Shown piece after piece: positions 40,120 through 53,538 of a stretch of 64,000 bases of DNA. This DNA comes from Mobula hypostoma (Eukaryota): positions 12,090,001-12,154,000 of the forward strand of contig NC_086097.1 of the NCBI RefSeq assembly GCF_963921235.1, written 5' to 3'. Position 1 is the first letter of the stretch. The number at the start of each line of letters is the position of its first letter. Both the position numbers and the translations under genes were made by a program. The notes under the pieces are model-generated. The model did no database searches, was not told where the DNA came from, and saw only the letters and a list, made by a program, of their open reading frames with translations.

Positions 40120-40860
40120 GGCCACGTCTAGGCTACACCAAATAATTTTGAAAACGAAGCTTTTTCTCTTCGTTTTGACCCTCTGTCCACACTAAAACGA
40201 CGTTTTCATCCCCCGAAAACTGAGATTTTTAGAAACGGTCTGCAGTGAATAAATCTGAAAACGCCGAATATCCGTTGTAGTGCGTATGGGGTAAACAGAG
40301 AGATTTAAAAATGCTGTCATGACAACACCACAACAACAATGCTTTTTCTGCTTCTGCTTGGTACCACGCAAGCACTGCCGGACGGCTGTTATAACGCGCA
40401 GTCGGTGTGAACGGCGTGAGAGTTAAATTGTAACGTGAGCTTTTTTGACTATTTTTAAAATGTTTTATACATTTAACAAGGTGCTTTATTAATGCAACAG
40501 AGTTAGTCAGTATTTCAATGTTCATCATCAGCCGGGTCATACTGTCCGTGAACTCCCTGTCGGTTGCCTCCATACGCTCCAGTATTTGTTTTTTTTTCAG
40601 TTTTAAGTCCTCCTGCGCGAGAGCCAAGAGCAATTCCTTTAAAGTTTTTCTACTCTGTAACTGGACAAATGCGCACCAAGTATACCGTTTCCTCTTCGCT
40701 TATTTTCTGTGTGTCCTGCGCATGCCCAGTAGGAGGAGATTCGCCCAAATATCCACCTAATGTGGACAGAGATATTTTGAAAAACACTTAGTGAGGACGC
40801 CTGTCGTTTTTAATCGAAACCGGGGTTTTCAAAGTTATCCGGCGTAGTGTAGACGTAGCC
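40120..40860. mobile_element. non-autonomous PIF/Harbinger-like DNA transposon with ~36-bp TIRs
   Basis: Left ggccacgtctaggctacaccaaataattttgaaaac versus right (reverse complement) ggctacgtctacactacgccggataactttgaaaac; CpG-rich interior; minus-strand coiled-coil remnant LLALAQEDLKLKK..ERMEATDREFTDSMTRL; flanks tga/tcg (TSD not clean). Confidence 0.8.
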
Positions 40861-40902
40861 TCGTATGTAGTTGTGCACAGACAGAACAAAAATGAATAAA
40901 AT

Positions 40903-41110
40903 TAAGACCATAAGACAAAGAAGCAGAAGTTGGCCATTTGGCCCATCGAGTCTGCTCCGCCGTTTTATCATGAGCTGATCCATTCTCCCATTTAGTCCCA
41001 CTCCCCCGCCTTCTCACCATAACCTTTGATGCCCTGGGTATCAATCTCTGCCTTAAATACTCCCAATGACTTGGCCTCCACTGCCGCCCGTGGCAACAAA
41101 TTCCACAGAT
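40903..41110 (-). mobile_element. CR1 3' tail
   Basis: taagaccataagac..ggccatttggcccatcgagtctgctcc. Confidence 0.8.
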
Positions 41111-43574
41111 CTTGAAGTTTCTTAAGGAAGAAACTTTTAAGATGGCACAAAGTTTTGGTTTCAATATGGAGCAAACTGCTGTATCTGTTGAGGTTGTGGC
41201 TCAAACATTGTATTTTTTTTAGTTTTGTAGAAATTTTTTAGTATGTAGAAATTGTTCTGAGGATAGTGAAGGAAGTCAGTGGTCATGTTAGGGTTTAGGG
41301 GTAGAGATGTGAGGAAGCTTGAGCACAGGCCAGACAGGCCAGAATCTAAGCCTCTACTCCACATTTGAAAGCCAGTGGAAGGGTGTTGTCAGATGGAGGC
41401 TGAGGCAGACCTGCAAAAGCATTCAAAATACAGGAGGAACTTAGCGGGTCGGGCAGCATAACTGGCCGAGTTCCTCCGGCAATTTGTGTATGCTTCTCTG
41501 GCTTGCCAGCATCTGCAGAATCTCTTGTGTCTGCGAAAACTTTCAGGCTCCCATCATCAGGGTCTAGCTTTGGGGTCACATCATCAGCTAGTCTGGCGTC
41601 TGAGACCTGGAGTTCAATCCTTTACCGAGGATTCACATTCATCGTGATCCACGACTGCTGGATCAACACAGAAGATTGAAGCCCGAAGGTCAACTTGAGG
41701 CTGTATCGAAGCTAAAGGATCAATCGGAGGTCTGGATTGAAACCCAAACATCGACTGGGGGTCCAGAAGTTGAGGCCCAAAGACTGGAGCCCAGGCCTAT
41801 GAATCCCTGCGAGCCAACGAAGGCAGCCTGTCCTGGGGTTACAGTGTATGTGTGGGTAGGAGGGCAGGGCGAACGGGGCTTGTTCCACTGTTGTTGTTTT
41901 GCTGCCTGGCATGTTGTGATTTGCTGTGTTCTGCCAAGCATTGTGGGCATGCTACGTTGGTGCCGGAATGTGTGGCGATCTTGGGGGCTACCCCCTGCAC
42001 ATCACTGATTGTTAACGCAATGACACATTCCACCGAATATTTCGAAGTACATGTGATAAACTTGAATCTGAGTCTGAACAAAACCAGGTAAACCAACATT
42101 AAACTAATTAATAGCATACACAATAAGATAGACTACAACTGTAGCACCAATACACTGATGCTCAAAAAGTTAACCTAATGTATTTATAAAAGCTGTGAAA
42201 CCTATCAGATCAAAGCACTATTGTTTTGCAATAATTTTATGGCCCTATAGTCAGTTTTATTCTTTTTCCTCAAACAATAATTGTTATGAAAAGTCATCTA
42301 TTAATTGTTCAAGATTGTTTAATCTTATTTCCAGAACAGAAGTGCAAATGAAAATAAAATAATTGTTACTCTGGATCTGATACAGCACAAAAAACACAGT
42401 AAGATAAAGAATACAATAATTTAAATACACACTAAGTATAAATGCATAGGCTCCTGATTAGAGAAGCCATCAAAGGTTATGGGGAGAAGGCAGGAGCATG
42501 GGATTGAGAAGGATAATAAATCAGCCATGACGGAATGACTGAGCAGACTCGATGGGCTGAATGGCCTAATTCAGCTCCTATGAGTTAAGGTCTTATGATT
42601 TTATCAGAGAGCTTGTATACTGTACACGGATTGATTGTATGTGTATAAAGTTTCTTAAGGTTGTTATAACTGTGGATTGTAATGGGGATAAGATTCCACT
42701 ACCTAGTAAATGCTTCCAACAGCGTGCGCCTCAAATAGCCTCTGACATCCAGGTCCAGAACCTGCCATAACAGACAAGGGCAGGTTATTGGTGCCTTAAA
42801 ACCAGTCGCTTCAGGCAGATGGGGCTCATCAGCTGTGATTAGCAGCTCATCTAGGAGAAGGAAAACTCTGATCTCTAACCACCGCTGTTGTGAGGCAATA
42901 CCCACTCATGGGGAAGGCTTCAGGAGTAAACCCAGTTGAAACATGCAGAGCTGGTGTCCCTAAGACAGTCCTACATTGAGTTCAATGATGATAGGCAACT
43001 CATGCGACACTGTTGGTACCAAACTGTATCGGTCTCTGCCATTCTTTAGGGTTGATTCAGATGCAGGGGAAGGGGGAGCTTGCTACATGGGTAACAGCTT
43101 GATCTCCACATTGTACTGCCCAGGCTTGTGTATCTAGACAGCCACGATGCAATATCCATGGTCTCTCTGACTGATGGAGGCCTCAAAAGTGACAGTAGTG
43201 ACAGGAGTGTTTAATCCATATTGGATATTTATGAACAGGTCAAATTAGGGACTGCTACTTTATTGGAAAAGGATATTATCAATACTTCTCTTGTGCAATG
43301 ATCCTTTTTTTTGCTTCAAGTATAACAAACAGAACTGTCCAAGCAGCTAACATAGCAGAACATTATTGTGTGTGGCATTAGATTTCTAGGAAACCAAAGG
43401 AGCCACTTCGGAAAAATTTCTTTTGTTGTCTCCTCTACTTCTCATCCATCTCATTAATTGCCCTCCCCTTCCCGCATTTTGATGAATTTGCCTCTTTCCC
43501 TCGGAGCCCTCCTTACCAAATTAACCATAGATTCATTCACATCCAAACTGATAATATTCCAAGGTCAAAATCTT

Positions 43575-44965
43575 CCAGAAATTCCAGCCAGTGGTTGGGA
43601 AGTAGTTGGAATTGATTGTTAGGGATGAGATTAAGGAGTACCTGGAGGCACATGACAAGATGGGCCAAAACCAGCATGGTTTCCTGAAGGGTAAATCCTG
43701 TCTGGCTAACCTACTGCAGTTTTTTGAGGAAATTACAAGCATGGTAGGCAAAGGACATACAGTAGATGTGGTGTACTTGGATTTTCGGAGGCCTCTGACA
43801 AGGTGCCGCAGATGAGGCTACTTAGCAAGATACGAACCCGCGGAACTGCAGGGAAGTTACTAGCATGGGTGGAGCATTGGCTGATCAACAGAAAACAGAG
43901 AGTGGGAATAAAGGGATCCTATTCTGGCTGGCTGCTGGTTACGAGTGGAGTTCCACAGGGGTTGGTGTTGGGACTGTTGCTTTTTTTGATGTATGTCAAC
44001 GATATGGTCTATGGGATTAATGGATATGAGGTTAAATTTGCTGATGATACAAAGATGGGTGGAGGAGCGGGTAGTGTTGAGGAAACAGAGAGCCTGCAGA
44101 GAGACTTAGATAGTTTAGGGGAATGAGCAAAGAAGTGGCAAATGAAATACAATGTTGGAAAGTGTATGGTCATGCACTTTGATGGAAGAAATAAACGGGC
44201 AGACTATTACTTAGATGGGGAGAGAATTCAAAATGCAGAGATGCAAGGGGCTTGGGAGTCCTTGTGCAGGATACCCTACAGGTTAATCTCCAGGTTGAGT
44301 CAGTGGTGAAGAAGGTTAATGTAATGTTGGCATTCATTTCTAGAGGCATAGAATACAAGAGCAGGGGTGTGATGGTGAGGCTCTATAAAGCACTCGTGAG
44401 ATCACACTTGGAGTATTGTGTGTAGTTTTGGGCTCCTTATTTTAGAGAGGATATACTGACATTGGAGAGGATTCAAAGAAGATTCACGAGAATGATTCCA
44501 GGAATGAAAGGCTTACCCTACAAGGAACGTCTGGCAGCTCTTGGGCTGTATTCCCTGGAGTTCAGGAGAATGACGGGGGGGATCTCATAGAAACATTCCA
44601 AATGTTAGAAGGCCTAAACAGATTAGTTATGGCAAAGTTATTTCCCATGATAGTGGAGTCTAGGACAAGAGGGCACGACTTCAGATTTGAAGGACGTCCA
44701 TTTAGAACAGAGATGCAGAGAAATTACTTTAGTCAGAGGGTGGTAAATCTATGAAATTTGTTGCCATGAGCAGCTGTGAAGGCCAAGTCATTGGGTGAAT
44801 TTAAAGCAGAGGTAGATAGGTTCTTGATTAGCTAGGGCATCAAAGGGTATGGGGAAAAGGCAGGGGAGTTGAGACGACTGGAAGAATTGGATCAGCCATG
44901 ATTGAATAGCGGAGCAGACTTGATGGGCTGAATGACCTACTTCTGCTCCAATATGTTATGGTCTT
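43575..44965 (+). mobile_element. 5'-truncated CR1, RT to tail
   Basis: NQHGFLKGKSCL, SGVPQG, KFADDTK; TSD aatctt at 43569-43574 and 44966-44971. Confidence 0.93.
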
Positions 44966-47900
44966 AATCTTTTGCATTGAGTTTGATAGTGAGAAACTTC
45001 ACTCAGAAACAATTGTGTTTAACGTAAGAGAATTACAATGGAATGCAAATAAAATAACGTAACGGAAATCCTAGAATATGGAACAATACAGCACAGGAAC
45101 AGGCCCTTCAGTGCACAATGTTTTGCTGAATCAATTCCGCCTACACAATGTCCATATCCCTCCATTTTCTCAACATTCAAGTGTCTATCTAAGTGTCTCT
45201 TAAAAGTTCCTAATGCATCTGCCTCTACCACCATCCAGCAGTGCATTCATAGAGCATAGCCTGGGTGGTGGGGATCTCAGATGAAGGATGCTGCTTTTCT
45301 ATGACAGTGTTAGGGTTTTGGCTCTTAATGTCTGCTGTACTTTTTTTCCGTAGATTCTGTCTGGCCTGCTGTGTTCCTCCAGCATTTTGTGTGTGTTGCT
45401 CGGATTTCCAGCATCTTCAGATTTTCTCCTGTTTGTAATCTTAATTCTTGGTCAGTTAGCAAAGTCCTATGACTTAGTAATTTTGGGTTACCCTTATTTC
45501 ACAATATTGAGTTTATCATCTAATTCTTTTTATTTAGTAGGTAATTTATTAAACATTGCAAGCGCAGTGTGATTTGAAAGCACTTATATATTTGTATGGT
45601 TCATCTTGTCAAATAAACTCATCGAGTTTCAAACTTTTAATTAGCATTTTTGGATTCCTTAAATCTGGAAATATGTTGAGCTATCATTGATCACAACCAT
45701 GTACTCAAAGGATATGCTTATAATATGCAAACAATGACAATTTAAAGAGAATTATTTACAATGGATCTGCTGGGATGTCATACAGATTCTGTCATCCTTT
45801 TCAAAGATGAACATATGGTGCATATTTTGCCTGTTTCTTTTAAGGGGCAAGTCTTTGAGGTTCAGTTACTATTTTGTGCTATTCATCTGTATCATTAAAC
45901 TGGAAGGAGGAGACTCTCGTCGTGTTGGTTTTCATTTAAAGTTAACCCAGAACAGCTCTGATTTGGCTGTGGGGCAAAGGTCCCGAGGAATATCCAGGAG
46001 ACAATAACAGAGCTCCCTTCCATGGGAAATGAGTCACTTTGCGTTCATTAAACATTTACAAATTTATTTTTAATGGACCATTACTGCGGATAATTGAATG
46101 ACTTTCTTTAGATTGTTGGTTACGGTTCTGAATCCCTGGGCTGTCAATTCAATCCACCTGCAGCTGATGAAAATACATTTCAGGCAGGCTGTGCATTCTT
46201 TTGGTGGCATCTATTCTGGCCTGCTAGAGGGAAATGGACGCTACCTCTACCAGTAAACAGGTGCAGTCAGTTAGAAACTTCAACATATTGGTGGAATAAA
46301 GCAAATTTCATGATTTAAAGTTTACATAGGGCAACTCCCATGTCCACAGAGTACCAGTGGTTGGGCTCAAATCCAAGAAAATCAGTTGAATCTGGTGAAT
46401 TTATTTTTCAGGAGTTCTGTGGTTCAAGATTGCTTAATGTCATTTCCATTACATGACTGTAAAGGAGAACAAAATAATTGTTACTCTGCAGCACAAAAAA
46501 GCACAATAAGATCTGTGAAATTCTTTGCCACAGGCAGCTGTGGAGGCCAAGTCTTCATGCATATGTAAGGTAGAGTTTGATAGATTCTTGATCGATCAGA
46601 GCATGAAGGGATATGGGAAGAAGACAGGAGGTTGGGGCTGAGAGGAATATTCAATCAGCCATAATGAAATAGCTGAGCAGACTCGATGGGCCAAATGGCC
46701 TAATTCTGCTTCCATTTCTATGGTCTTATGGTCTGAGATGAAAAATTCAATAAGAAAAAATACATAAAATAAAAACAAGTCTGTCCTAATTAGCTATTGC
46801 TCATAATATATACAACAGATTAATAGTAATTCACCTTATAAATCTCTATTTATTTGTTTGTTTATTTATTTATTTAGATACAGGGCAGAATAGGCCCTTC
46901 TGGCCCTTTGAACCATGCTGCCCAGCAATCCCCCAATTTATTCTGAGTTTAATCACTGGGCAATTACAATTAACCTACCAAACGACACGTCTTTGGTCTG
47001 TGGGAGGAAACTGCAGCACCAGGAGTAAACCCATGCAATCACGGGGGAATCCTTACAGGCAGCTTCCGGAATTGAACCCAGGCCACCTGCACTGTTAATC
47101 ATTGTGCTAACCGCTACACTACCGTGCCACCTGATTATGCTGATTACTGCAAATAATCTGTTACTTACTTCAAAACTCTGTTTTTTTAATTCAACGTTTA
47201 CTCTAGTCAGTTTTATCAGAAAGATTTCCATTTTCATTCCAGGGGTGAGAAGGTTTTTGCACAAGAGGCTAGGAAATTTGGGCCGTATTCTGTTTGGAAG
47301 CAGGGGAGACCATAAGGCTGAAAGAAATAGGAATAGCTTAACCTTGTTTTGTCATTCAGCTGGATTAAGGCTGATTTGACAATCCTCATCAAACTATCAA
47401 TACCTCTGTAAACTGTCACAAAGTACAAAGTAAATCTATTGTCAAAGTATGCATACATATACAATCTTGAGATTCATTTTCTAGCAGGCAGCCACAAAGC
47501 AAAGAAACACAATAGAAACCACAGGACACAAAGACCGACAAGCATCCAATGTTTGAAATAAGAACAAGTTGTTCACACAATTAAAACAAGTTAACAACAT
47601 ACTGTAATAAATAGAACGTGAACCACAGAGGTCACAGCTTCCGTGCCAGTTCAGCACTGAGTGGAGTGAAGCCAGACCAGGAGTCCGATGGCAGCAAGCC
47701 AGAGCTTCAGATTTAGCTCAACGTTGAAGTGGATGAAGCTGAGAGAGAACTGCTTGCCTCTTCTTCACAACTTGCCTTCCCAACTAATTTTATGTTGTCC
47801 CCAAATATGACCGAAAGTATTACACTAGTTCCTCCATTCCCTAGTATACATTGTAAATCTGCCACTGATCTTTGGTGTACCGCTTTGGTCTCAGGTATAC

Positions 47901-50182
47901 TTACCTTCATTTGCTGTGTCCTGTCTATTAGTCAATCCTCTACTGATGCCAGCATGGCAGCTCCAATATCAAGAGCTTGAATTATGTGGCTTAACTTGAT
48001 GCAAGGGTTCTTGTCGAGTGTCTTCTGGAAGTCCAAATGTAAAATATCTACTGCTTAGAACTTACTCAGAGAAAAATCAGAAGACTTTTCCTTTAATGAA
48101 GCCATGCTGACTCTACTGTCAGATTACAATATTCCAAATATGCTGCTAGTACTTTGTAAATAATTGTGTTCAGTTCTGGTTGCCTCGTTATAGGAAGGAT
48201 GTGGAAGCTTCAGAGAGGATGCAGAGGAGATTTACCTGGATGCTACCTGTCTTATGAGGGAATGTTGAGAGAGCTAGGGATTGGTTGGTTAATTGGTCAT
48301 TGCAAATTGTCTCTTAATTAGGCTAGGATTAAATCAGAAGGCCGCTGGGCAGGGTGGTTTGAAGGGCCAGAAGGGTCTATTCTGTGTCGTATCTCAATAA
48401 ATCGATAAATAAATAAATTTTCTTTGGAGCAAAGGAGGATGAGAGGAGACTTGACAGAAGAGTACAAGATGAAAAGAGGTATAGAGAGAGTCGGTTCATT
48501 CCCAAAGCCCCTCTACATCAAGAAACTTTTGTCTTAATTGGGATGGACTTTTACTCAGTGTCATGACTTAGTTATTAAACATTCAACACAGTTTTCCACA
48601 ACTAACAAATTTCATGACATATGCTGGTGATATTAAACATGATTGTGTGGAAAGGGTGCAGAAGAAGTTTACCAGGATGCTGTCTGGATTAGAGGATATG
48701 TGACATTTAACAAGAGGTTGGACAAACTTGGGGTTGTTTTCTCTGGAGCGGCAGAGGCTAAGGGGAGATCTGGGAGAGGTTTATAAGATTATGAGAGGCA
48801 TAGGTAGTATCTTTTTTCCTGAGTTGAAATATCTAATACCAGAGGGCATGCATTTAAGGTGAGAGGGGGTAATTTCGAAGGAGATGTGAGGGCAATGTTT
48901 TTTTACACAGAGAGTTGTGGGTATCAGGAATGCACTGCTGGATGGTGGTAGAGGCAGTTGCATTAGGGACTTCTAAGTGACATTTAGATGGACACTGAAT
49001 GTTGAGAAAATGGAGGGATATGGACATTGTGTAGGCAGTACTGATTCAGCAAAACATTGTGGGTTGAAGGGCCTGTTCCCGTGTTGTATTATTCAATATA
49101 CTAGGTTTTCTGTTAAGTTATTTTATTTACATTCTATTGTAATTTTCTTAAGTTAAACACAGTTGTTTCTGAGTCAAATTGCTCACTCTCAAACTCAATG
49201 CAAAAGATCATGTTGCAATATTGCTTTCTCAGCGATATTTTATTCTGAGGTCATTTATTAAGCCTGCTTAATACCCATTACCAGATCCAAGAGGGCCTGT
49301 TCCCTCATTAGCTTCCTAACGTATTGACCTAGGAACTATCCCAAATATTCTCTGTGAATTTGTTCTTATCCCGACCCATTTCAACCTAATGAATCCAAAC
49401 TTCATGAAGAATAGCCTCCTATAATTTTTGCATTGCTTTTTACATGACCCCTTTGTTATCTTGTCCTACATTTTGGAGACAGGAGACTGCACTGCTGGAA
49501 TCTAGAGTAAAATAACAAATGCAAGAGGAACTCGGAAAGTTGGGCAGCATCTGTAGAAGAAGACGGACAAGAAATCTTTTTGGTCTCAGATGAAGTGTAT
49601 AGTCACTAAACATTATCTGTCTATCTTGCCTCATATATATTGCCTGACCCATTGAGTTCCTCCAGCATTTTGCTACTTGCTCCTACAATATTTGGGAGTC
49701 TAGGGGATAACCTCACTCAACTTTACTTGCCTCCTCATTGAAATGTTCCCACAACCGATGGATGAACATGATTCTTCATCTCATGTTATCAATATTCATT
49801 GCGTATTTGTTTATTATTATTGTTTCTTCTTTTTGTATTTGCACAGTTTGTTGCCTTCTCTACACTGAATACACTAATTGGGCCGTCTTTCATTGATTCT
49901 GTTATAATTATTGTTCTATAGATGTGTTAAGTATTCCTGCAAGATAATGAATCTTATTGTTGTATACAGTGACATATATGTAATTTGTTAATAAATATGC
50001 TTTGAACTTTGAACTGTACAACTTCTGAGTGTAAATTGTCTCTTACAACTTTAACTAATGGTATGACTTCACCACCCTTACCTTCCCATGTGTCCTTCCT
50101 AAACGTCACCCCTGAAAATTAAACTCCTTACTTTAATTTAGTTCCAAATATGTCTCTATTATGTCTGTCAGATTACACATTT

Positions 50183-50788
50183 TTAGATTAGATTAGATTA
50201 GATTATGAGGACACGCAGTCCTCGTTTATTGTCATTTAGTAATGCATGCATTAAGAAATGATACAATATTCCTCCGGTGTGATATCTCAGAAACACAGGA
50301 CAGACCAAGACTGAAAAACTGACAAAAACCACAAAATTATAACATATAGTTACAACAGTGCAAGCAATACCGTAACTTGATGAAGAACAGGCCATGAGCA
50401 CAGTACAAAAAAGTTCAAAGTCTCTCGAAGGTCCCACATCTCACGCAGACGGGAGAAGGAAAAAAACTCTCCCTGCCATGCCCAACCAGGGTCCAACTTT
50501 GAGTTGTCCGAAAACTTCGAGCTCTGATCAGCCCTCCGACACTGAGCACCGAGCACCATCTCTGCCGAGCACTTCGACCCCAGCCCTGACCGCCAGCAGC
50601 AGGCAAAGCTGAGGATTTTAGGGCCTTTCCTCTGGAGATTCTGGATCACACAGTAGCAGCGGCAGCGAACCGGGAATTTCAAATGTTCCTCCGTGCTTCG
50701 CATGGCTGTCTCCATCAAATCAGAATTATGCACGGTACCTTATTTAACAAATACGATATCAGTTCACCAGAGAGGCAGTGCGCGCTCT
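50183..50788 (-). mobile_element. CpG-rich retroposon copy E
   Basis: (ttaga)n tail, body homologous to copy G. Confidence 0.85.
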
Positions 50789-51553
50789 CTGTTTTTTACC
50801 TCTGTTTGTCTTGTTAGCTCATCAACGAGACTACAAATGCCATGTGAATTAAGATACAATTTCTTTGGGATAGTATCTTTGTCATTTTTAATCACCTTAC
50901 ATTTTGTTGGTACTGTGGCCCTATTTACTTCTCACCTTTGATTTCCCTGTATTGTGTTTTTTGGATTTAACTACTTAACTGACCTTGACTCTCCTATCGT
51001 GCATCATTTTCCAACCCCCTGGGATTGAAATGGTAAATTTTGAATGGCCCCTTTCCCTTGTTGGAAAGTGTGTAGCCGGGGGTTGGGGGGTGGCAGAGGT
51101 GGTTATAACCTGAAGATAAAAAGTTCATCCACACTCCAGCTTCCTTTACTGTCAGAAACCATCACCTTCAGCCCTTTGACATTTCCAGCGATCACCTTGC
51201 AGTTCGAGGTTATCTCCACTCTGCTCTCTCCCACCTGCCTATCAACCCTCCTTAAGTGGAGAGAACTGTTGCCTGTCTGCTCCAGCCTCCCTGCACTCTT
51301 TTATACTGGCCATCTCCCTGCAAGACGTTGACAACTGAGAAAGATATCACAGGGTCACCAGATGCTGCAGGGATCCACATAAGTATAGTTTTATCCTCTC
51401 TTTCAAAGTGTGTTTTAAAGGCAATCAGCTAATTGGGAAGTGAAGCATCACAACATTTATGATGTTAGGTTTCACCTTGCAGGAAGTGACGGCCTGCAAA
51501 CTCTGTCATAGCTGATGTGCATCCGATTCTGTTTAAGTCCTCTTCCTTCAGTT

Positions 51554-51589
51554 AGTCCTGACGAAGGGTCTCGGCCTGAAACGTCGACT
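51554..51589 (+). ncRNA. minimal hammerhead ribozyme motif within a Penelope-type terminal repeat (repeat ~51545-51690)
   Basis: agtc-CTGACGA-agggtctcggcct-GAAA-cGTC-gact: helix I agtc/gact, intact catalytic core, palindromic ACGT helix III, GUC cleavage triplet. Confidence 0.7.
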
Positions 51590-51738
51590 GCACCTCTTCC
51601 TAGAGATGCTGCCTGGCCTGCTGCGTTCACCAGCAACTTTTATGTGTGTTGCTTGAATTTCCAGCATCTGCAGAATTCCTGTTGTTTGCTGTTTAAGTTC
51701 TCTTGGAATTGCAAGGAAAAATTTTATGACGTACTGTA

Positions 51739-53538
51739 CACTCAGTGTCTACTTTATTAGGTACATCTGCTCATTAAAGCAATTATCTAATCAGCCAATT
51801 GTGGGGCAGCAACTCAATGCATAAAAGCATGCAGATATGATAGAGGGGTTCTGTTGTTGTTACATCTGCAGCTAGTTGCCGCCCAGACTGGATCCCTTAC
51901 AATTCACTTACCAACACAACCAATAGCCACCGCTCTACATACCATGCTTACTCATCTGGAGAAGAAGGATGCTTATTTGAGAATGCTGTTCTTGGACTAC
52001 AGTTCAGCACTCAACACCATAATTCCATCCAGGCTCGACAGGAAGCTCAGAGACCTTGGCCTTGACCCTGCCTTGTGCAGTTGGATCCTGGACTTCCTGT
52101 CAGATCACCAGCAGGTGGTAAGAATGGGCTCCCTCACCTCCATCCCTCTGACTCTCAACATAGGAGCCCCTCAGGGCTGTGTACTAAGTCCCCTCCTTTA
52201 CTCCCTGTATACCCATGACTGTGTTGTCACCCACAGCTCCATTCTGCTAATTAAATTTGCCGACAACACTACATTGATTGGCCTAATCTCAAACAATAAT
52301 GAGGTGACCTACAGGGAAGAAGTCATCTCTCTGACACAGTGGTGTCAAGAGAACAACCTCTCCCCCAATGTCGCAAAAACAAAGGAGCTGATTATTGATT
52401 ACAGGAGGAATGGAGACGGGCTAACCCCTATTGACATCAATGGATCTGAAGTTAAGAGGGTCAACAGCTTTAAGTTCCTTGGCATAAATATCACCTAGAA
52501 TCCCACGTGATCTGTACATATCGGCTGTGTAGTGAAAAAGGCACAACAGCACCTCTTTCACCTCAGACAGTTGAGAGAGTTAGGTATGGGCCCCCAAATC
52601 CCCAGAACTTTCTACAGCGGCACAGTTGAGAGCATCCTGACTGGCTGCATCACTACCTAGTATGGGAACTGTACATCCCTGTATTGCAGGACTCTGCAGA
52701 GAATGGTACGGACAGCCCAGCACATCTGTAGTTATGAACTTCTCATGATTCAGGACATTTACAAAGACAGGTGTGTAAAAAGGGCCTGAAGGATCATTGG
52801 GGACCCGAGTCACCCCAGTCACAATCTATTCCAGCTGCTACCATCTGGGAAACAGTACCGCAGCATAAAAGCCAGGACCAACATGCTCCAGGATAGCTTC
52901 TTCCATTAGGCCATCAGACTGATGAACTCACGCTGATTTGAGTGTATTTCTATGTTACATTGACTGTTCTATTTATTATAAATGATTATAAATTACTGTG
53001 ATTGCACATTGCACATTTAGACGGAGACGTATCATAAAGATTTTTACTCCTCACGTATGTGAAGGGTGTAAGAAATAAAGTCAATTCAACCAAACATCAG
53101 AACAGGGAAAAAGTTGTGACCTAAGTGACCTTGACCGTGGAATGACGCTGGTGACAAACGGGGTGGTTTGAGTACCTCAGAAGCTGCTGATCTGTTGGGA
53201 TCTTTAGGCATAACAGTCTCTAGAGTTTACAGAGGATGGTGTGAAAAGTGAAAGAAAAACATCCATTGAGCAGTGGTTCTGTGGGTGAAAATGCCTTGTT
53301 AAGGAGAGAGGTCAGGGAGTATGGCTAGACTGGTTCAAGCTGACAGGAAGGCAGCCGTGTACTCAAAGAACCAAGTGTTGCAACAGTGGCGTGCTGAAGA
53401 GCATCTCTGAACAGAGAACAGGTTGAGCTTTATGTAGATGGGTTGCAGCAGCAGAAGGACACAAGCATACTGTACACTCAGTGACCACTTTACTAGGTAC
53501 AGAAACCTGCACTCAGTGGCTACTTTATTGGGTACAGG
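51739..53538 (+). mobile_element. non-autonomous Tc1-like element split by a Rex1 insertion
   Basis: TA|cactcagtgtctactttattaggtaca TIR; CDLSDLDRGM..GGLSTSEAADLLG..TVSRVYRGW at ~53115-53240; two direct TIR copies at ~53474-53538. Confidence 0.8.
51862..53089 (+). mobile_element. Rex1/Babar LINE, 5'-truncated RT to tail
   Basis: RMLFLDYSSALNTI, GAPQGCVLSPLLYSLYTHD, IKFADNT, KTKELIIDYR, FKFLGINI; (ttcaa) tail. Confidence 0.93.

Noticed and set aside
43517..43547. Minus-strand micro-exon with a gtaagg donor
   Set aside because: Weak acceptor, and its only open phase does not fit the neighbouring exons
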